From Candidatus Caldarchaeales archaeon (GTDB lineage: Archaea > Thermoproteota > Nitrososphaeria_A > Caldarchaeales > Wolframiiraptoraceae), in contig JBCNVN010000008.1 of assembly GCA_039630055.1 (NCBI GenBank), positions 1 to 42,615 of the forward strand: DNA of 42,615 bases. The letters run 5' to 3'. A program made the translations under genes and the position numbers. Shown here piece after piece: positions 37,557 through 42,615 of the stretch (position 1 is the first letter of the stretch; every line of letters starts with the position of its first letter). The notes beneath the pieces were generated by a model. That model was not told the origin of the DNA, did not search any database, and saw only the letters and a program-made list of their open reading frames with translations.

Positions 37557-40500
37557 ATGAGTAGGCCGAGTGTAGATACGGGTCAGCTTCTAGACATGCT
37601 GGGATATAGTTACTATTCTTTTTATCAGAGTGGAGAAAGCCCTGAATATTCAGAGGTATATTTTAAAGAGATTATTCCAAGCTTGGCGAATGGAGTATCT
37701 AAGAAGACTCTTGAGCTGATCAACATGAAGCTCTACAGACATCAATTAGAATCTCTTCAGGCTCTTGAAGATGATATGAATATAATCTTGAAGTCTGGGA
37801 CAGGCTCTGGAAAGACTGAGTCATGGTTTATATATGCTGGTAGACATAGGGTTAAGACTTTATCAATCTATCCTACACTAGCCCTAGCATATGACCAGCT
37901 TAACAGACTTAGTCAATACTGTTCAGATTTAAGATTGAATATAATGATCTTAGATGCAGTTAAGAGAGATGAATTAGTATCTAAACATGGATTCAGGAAT
38001 GTTAAGAAGATGGTCTCCGATTCAGACCTCGTCGTAACAAACCCTGCATTCCTTCTAAACGAGGTTAAGAAGTCTGCTCTAGCAGGGTCAAGCTTATTAT
38101 CACCATTCTTCGAGAAGCTTAGATTAATAGTAGTTGATGATTTTGATTTTTATGGGCCTAGAGAGATCGCACTATTATTTTCTATGCTAAAGATTCTCAC
38201 AAAACTATACGGCCATGATGTCCAGTTCGCATTTATGACTGCAATGTTGGCAAATCCTGAAGAGATAGCAGAATATCTAAAGACGATAAATAATAGAGAG
38301 ACGAAGATTATCTCTGGAAGACCATTCAAGGCTCCAAATAAAGTCTATATTGTTTTAGGTAAGAATCTTAAGAGGCTGTGGGAAGAGGCGAGAAAGTTTG
38401 AAGATAGATTAAAAGATGCAAAGGTTGGAGGAGACATCCTAAACGCTCTGAAAGATTACAATCTTTTTAAACAGAATGTTTATAGAGTATGGGATGCTCT
38501 AAGATATGCCGGGATCCCAGCTCCCGAACCATATTCAGACATAGTTGAGATAGTATCAAACTATGTACTTGATGACTCCGTAACATTAGTATTCACAAAG
38601 AGTATTGAACGTGCTGAAGAGATCTCTAGAAGAATAGTTGAGAAGACTGGTAAAGGTGGGCGGGTGGGAGCTCACCACCATCTAGTATCGAGAGAGACTA
38701 GGAGAGAGATAGAAGATGCAGCAAGATCTGGGATGATCAAAGTCCTTATATCTCCTAGAACGCTTTCTCAAGGGATAGATATTGGAGAGGTTTTGAGGAT
38801 AGTTCACGTCGGGTTACCAGACACTTTGAGAGAGTTTTACCAGAGAGAAGGTAGAAAGGGGAGGAGGAGTGGGATAGAGCTGACAGAGACCGTGATAATC
38901 CCTAGTAGTTCATGGGATTATGATTTGCTATCGAGAGGTGTAACGGCCATGGAGAAATGGCTAAACCTTCTCTTAGAAAAGATAATTGTGAATCCTGAAA
39001 ATGATTATTCAAAATTGTTTGAGGCATTATTGAAAGCTCAATCTCCTACATTGAAGAAAGAGCTAACATCAGAAGAAGTAGACCTCTTGAAGAGTCTAGG
39101 CCTCCTCGACGGATCGGAACTTTCAAGAGCGGGAAAGAGGGTTTGGAGACAGATGAACTTCTATGAGTTTGCTCCACCATATGGGATAAAGAGGTTAAAG
39201 ATTGAGGAGGATGGATCTGTTAAGAAACTTGAGGATATCAGCCACTGTGATCTCGTCGAGAAGTTCCAGATGGGAGCATTAGATTATACAAGTGATGGTA
39301 TTGTAACATATCATAAGATTGGTGGAGGTAGAGCGGTTACAGGGATAACTGTTGAGCCTTTAAGAGAGAGGATCCTTAGAAGATATGAGGGGACATCTTA
39401 TGCTCTTGAAGAATATGAAAGAATAAAAAGAATGTGGGGAGAAGAACCTAACATCTTGAAAGATTATATTCTGGGCAGGCTCCACTCTAGAATATTCTGT
39501 GTTGTACATCCACCTATAGAAGGATTCGGTAAATACGTTAAGATACCGAATAGGGTTGAATGGGTAGTGGTAGGTGAGAAGAAGAAGTTGCTGAGAAGAG
39601 GGGAGGAGACGATATTTTATAGAGATAAGAAGTCGGTGGTAGTTGCATCTCCAACATATGGAAAGTACGAAGACTATACGTATGGAATCGTGGTCGAGGT
39701 TGGATTAGAAGAAGATCTAGAACTATTAAGGCTTGGACTAGCTTACATAATGATCGTCTTGAGAAGGGTGCTGGGGATACCTTTAGAGACAATAATGTAT
39801 GGTACTATGAGACTGAGTGAAAGGAAGTTCATAGCTTTACATGAGCCTGAGAGCGCAGGCTTGATTAAGAAACTAGATTGGAGTAGGGTCTATAGAGAGG
39901 TGGAAAACTATAAGCCGGATGAGATAGACGAGATTATACTTGAAGAATTAGATGAGGACTCTTATTCAACCCTGATCTCTCTCAAGGTCGAATGGAAGAT
40001 AGCTAGAGAATATGCTTTGAGAGTTTTAGACTATATGAGACGTAGAGAGAAGATTGTGCTAGAGTTTATGGGAAAGATGTTGGAGGTTCCGAAACCTTCT
40101 AGAAGCTTAAAGATAGCATCTATATCTGGAATATATCTTCAGCTTAGAGAAGATCTGAACTCGGGAATTTACGCTCTCCTAGTCTATGATGGTGAAGAAC
40201 ATGTATACTGTTCTGGAGTTACAGAATTTGGAAGACCAGACCAGAACCATCTAATAGTCCAAGAAGTATTATCAAGACTTATAGATGAGGGGTTCACATT
40301 TACAACATATGGAATAGGAACATTGTACAGGGTTCTAGACTCAGCCGGTCTAAGAAGTTTAGAGACATTTATAAAAGGATTAGAAGCTAATAGAATCCTG
40401 CATGATTCTCGTGAGAATCTCTCCAAGTTCTTAGGATTTACTGTGGAGCTAGAAGATCTAAAGCATGCTCTAGGATTTTCTTCTAAGAGCGTTAGCAGGA

Positions 40501-40658
40501 TCATTGAGGTGGTGGAGGATGCGAAGAGAAAGATGCCGGGAAGTAGAATGATAGAATATGTTTGGAAGAGTCTAGATAATGAGTTGAGGGAGTATATGAG
40601 GGATGAGGGTATCTCGACCTATATATCATATCTAATCTCTCAGAGGAGTGGAGAGTAA
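37557..40658 (+). CDS. Large SF2 helicase (SftH/Hrq1/YprA-like core) with long C-terminal extension
   Basis: LYRHQ Q motif, SGTGSGKT, YPTLALAYDQ, VTNP, DDFD motif II, TAML, LSQGIDIG and QREGRKGRR motif VI. Confidence 0.85.
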   Translation: MSRPSVDTGQLLDMLGYSYYSFYQSGESPEYSEVYFKEIIPSLANGVSKKTLELINMKLYRHQLESLQALEDDMNIILKSGTGSGKTESWFIYAGRHRVKTLSIYPTLALAYDQLNRLSQYCSDLRLNIMILDAVKRDELVSKHGFRNVKKMVSDSDLVVTNPAFLLNEVKKSALAGSSLLSPFFEKLRLIVVDDFDFYGPREIALLFSMLKILTKLYGHDVQFAFMTAMLANPEEIAEYLKTINNRETKIISGRPFKAPNKVYIVLGKNLKRLWEEARKFEDRLKDAKVGGDILNALKDYNLFKQNVYRVWDALRYAGIPAPEPYSDIVEIVSNYVLDDSVTLVFTKSIERAEEISRRIVEKTGKGGRVGAHHHLVSRETRREIEDAARSGMIKVLISPRTLSQGIDIGEVLRIVHVGLPDTLREFYQREGRKGRRSGIELTETVIIPSSSWDYDLLSRGVTAMEKWLNLLLEKIIVNPENDYSKLFEALLKAQSPTLKKELTSEEVDLLKSLGLLDGSELSRAGKRVWRQMNFYEFAPPYGIKRLKIEEDGSVKKLEDISHCDLVEKFQMGALDYTSDGIVTYHKIGGGRAVTGITVEPLRERILRRYEGTSYALEEYERIKRMWGEEPNILKDYILGRLHSRIFCVVHPPIEGFGKYVKIPNRVEWVVVGEKKKLLRRGEETIFYRDKKSVVVASPTYGKYEDYTYGIVVEVGLEEDLELLRLGLAYIMIVLRRVLGIPLETIMYGTMRLSERKFIALHEPESAGLIKKLDWSRVYREVENYKPDEIDEIILEELDEDSYSTLISLKVEWKIAREYALRVLDYMRRREKIVLEFMGKMLEVPKPSRSLKIASISGIYLQLREDLNSGIYALLVYDGEEHVYCSGVTEFGRPDQNHLIVQEVLSRLIDEGFTFTTYGIGTLYRVLDSAGLRSLETFIKGLEANRILHDSRENLSKFLGFTVELEDLKHALGFSSKSVSRIIEVVEDAKRKMPGSRMIEYVWKSLDNELREYMRDEGISTYISYLISQRSGE

Positions 40659-40722
40659 TTGGGAAAGAGTACAATGGTCATGATTAAATACAACCTTCAA
40701 CCGTTTTGTAGGTAGGTCTGAA

Positions 40723-42180
40723 ATGCCTAGAATACCCATCCAGAAGATAGAGGAGTATATGTGGAAGATACCTCAAAACTATAGACCGGATATGAAAGTA
40801 CCTGTAACAATCTTTGCTTCAGAAGAGCTGATCCAGAAGATGCAAATGGATAGAACGCTAGATCAAGGAGTGAATGTAGCAACACTCCCAGGAGTCCTAA
40901 AGCATAGCGTGGTCTTGCCTGATGCACATGAAGGATATGGTTTCCCTATAGGAGGAGTGGCAGCAACAGACTACAATGAAGGTGTTATCTCACCTGGAGG
41001 AGTCGGCTATGATATAAACTGTGGTGTTAGATTGATGGTTACAAATCTCGATGAAAAAGATGTCAGACCTAGGATAACCGAGTTGGTAAACACTCTATTT
41101 GCCAATGTCCCTTCGGGTCTAGGTTCTAGGAGGAAAGATTTCAATATCACTATGAGCGATCTTGATAGGATAGCGGTCGAGGGTGCAAGATATATTGTGG
41201 AGAAGTTTGGTCTTGGATGGAGTGAAGATATACTACACTGTGAAGAAGAAGGTTCTATGGAGGGAGCTGATCCAAGACTCGTTAGTCCAACCGCTAAGAA
41301 TAGGGGTATAGGTCAGATAGGAACTCTTGGAAGTGGAAACCACTTTCTAGAAGTTCAACGTGTAGATAAGATATATGATCCGAGAGCTGCAGAGAGGATG
41401 GGTATAACCCATGAAGGCCAGATAACGGTCTTGATACATACTGGTAGTAGAGGTTATGGACATCAGATCTGTGGAGACTATCTTAGAGTTATGGAGAGAG
41501 CGGTGGCTAAGTATGGGATAAAGCTTCCAGATAGAGAGTTGGCATGTGCCCCTGCAAATTCTCCAGAGGCGGAACAGTATCTTAAGGCTTTCAAGTGTGC
41601 TGTAAACTTTGCCTTCGCAAATAGACAGGCGATAACCCACTGGGTTAGGCAGAGCTTCGAACAAGTATTCAAGAAGACTGCAGATTCTTTAGGGATGAAA
41701 CTTATCTATGATGTGGCCCACAATATAGTTAAGCTAGAAGAACATGTTACAGATGGAAGGCTGAGGAAGGTCTGGGTCCATAGGAAGGGAGCTACGAGAA
41801 GCTTTCCACCAAACCATCCTCTGATACCTAAAACATATAGAGATATCGGGCAACCAGTCTTGATACCTGGATCCATGGGTACGGCGAGCTGGGTTCTCTT
41901 AGGAAATGTGAAAGCTATGGAGCTTACTTTTGGGAGTACAGCTCATGGAGCTGGGAGAGAGATGAGTAGAGCCGCTGCAAAGAGGGCGACGAGGGCTAGT
42001 GAGATCGTGAATGAGCTTAAAGAAAAAGGGATATATATTAAGGCAGATAGTGCTGAGACGATAGTTGAGGAAGCTGATGAAGCATATAAATCTGTTGATA
42101 AGGTGGTTGAGGTCAGCCATATTGCTGGTATAGGGACGAAGGTTGCGAGACTAAGACCTATAGGAGTTGTTAAAGGATAA
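40723..42180 (+). CDS. rtcB: RNA-splicing ligase RtcB
   Basis: PDAHEGYGFPIGG, GYDINCG, GSGNHFLE, HTGSRG, HN, HRKGAT, PGSMG, HGAGR and EEA..AYK. Confidence 0.96.
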   Translation: MPRIPIQKIEEYMWKIPQNYRPDMKVPVTIFASEELIQKMQMDRTLDQGVNVATLPGVLKHSVVLPDAHEGYGFPIGGVAATDYNEGVISPGGVGYDINCGVRLMVTNLDEKDVRPRITELVNTLFANVPSGLGSRRKDFNITMSDLDRIAVEGARYIVEKFGLGWSEDILHCEEEGSMEGADPRLVSPTAKNRGIGQIGTLGSGNHFLEVQRVDKIYDPRAAERMGITHEGQITVLIHTGSRGYGHQICGDYLRVMERAVAKYGIKLPDRELACAPANSPEAEQYLKAFKCAVNFAFANRQAITHWVRQSFEQVFKKTADSLGMKLIYDVAHNIVKLEEHVTDGRLRKVWVHRKGATRSFPPNHPLIPKTYRDIGQPVLIPGSMGTASWVLLGNVKAMELTFGSTAHGAGREMSRAAAKRATRASEIVNELKEKGIYIKADSAETIVEEADEAYKSVDKVVEVSHIAGIGTKVARLRPIGVVKG

Positions 42181-42455
42181 CCTTTATCGAGATGATCGAC
42201 TCTACATTCAAGATGTCTCCATCCAGAAGTCTAGGATAGATCATATTGAAGATCTCTATCTTCACATAGTTAAGAATTGAAGAGAGTATTGGAGAAGTAT
42301 GAATACTTTTAATGGTAATACTTCTTTTATAGGTATTACCTAAAGCTTATATAGACGTCTCTCCAGCTTATATATGAATTCCCGGAAGAGGGACTATTCA
42401 AAGAATTAAGAATTAGAATGCCTAGATAAGGCTTAGAAAGGCGAAAAACAATACG
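42181..42455 (+). promoter_or_regulatory. Putative CRISPR leader
   Basis: Non-coding AT-rich 275 bp immediately 5' of the first repeat, with TATA-like CTTATATA boxes at 42346 and 42367. Confidence 0.6.
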
Positions 42456-42615
42456 GAATCTCATAAAGAGAATTGAAAGCAAGTACTGCATTCACGTTCT
42501 CAACCCATCTTCTAATTTCGCGAATCTCATAAAGAGAATTGAAAGAAATATTCTCCTACTCGGCGATCCCAATAACCCGGATAGTTCCCCGGGCGAATCT
42601 CATAAAGAGAATAGA
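42456..42615 (+). CRISPR. CRISPR array (start; truncated by window edge), repeat GAATCTCATAAAGAGAATTGAAAG
   Basis: Identical 24-nt repeats at 42456-42479 and 42522-42545, and a third partial variant copy from 42595 (...GAATAGA). Unique spacers of 42 and 49 nt. The ATTGAAAG 3' end is typical of archaeal repeats. Confidence 0.9.

Noticed and set aside
40680-40721. ATGATTA...CTGA before rtcB as a C/D sRNA
   Set aside because: Too short, no internal D'/C' boxes, and better explained as promoter and leader of rtcB.
8733-42120. Numerous 60-170 aa antisense or overlapping track ORFs inside long genes (e.g. 8733..9257, 12113..12481, 35331..35705, 41347..41664)
   Set aside because: They lie largely or wholly opposite well-supported conserved genes, with no motifs or independent signals.
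37557-42615. Helicase as Cas3 and helicase-rtcB as cas genes of the array
   Set aside because: No HD nuclease domain or Cas3-like motifs, no other cas genes, and RtcB is the standard archaeal tRNA ligase.

Overview
Archaeal chromosomal window, AT-rich and gene-dense. Archaeal markers are TiaS, CDC48/VAT, an A1-U72 initiator tRNA, geranylgeranyl reductase and a 24-nt ...ATTGAAAG CRISPR repeat. A TACK lineage, possibly Aigarchaeota/Nitrososphaeria-like, is my inference and was not tested. Most genes are housekeeping: tRNA-related genes (tRNA-binding protein, asnS, valS, tiaS, rtcB, tRNA-iMet), a divergently arranged Liv-type ABC transporter, ADP-forming acyl-CoA synthetase, cofE, ogt, RidA, acylphosphatase, CDC48 and a large SF2 helicase. 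There is also an MFS pseudogene and the leader plus first 2.x repeats of a CRISPR array at the right edge; no cas genes are present. The most notable items are mostly absent from the ORF track: (i) a 51-aa Lys/Ala-rich histone-H1-tail-like microprotein and, 7 kb away, a 42-aa microprotein that is two-thirds Glu, possibly a polycation/polyanion pair; (ii) a threonine-synthase-like protein lacking the PLP lysine, fused to a PadR-like wHTH and divergent from an ECF S-component, a candidate cofactor-sensing regulator; (iii) a box C/D sRNA whose D guide predicts 2'-O-methylation of 16S C1402; (iv) a 55-aa single-TM microprotein.
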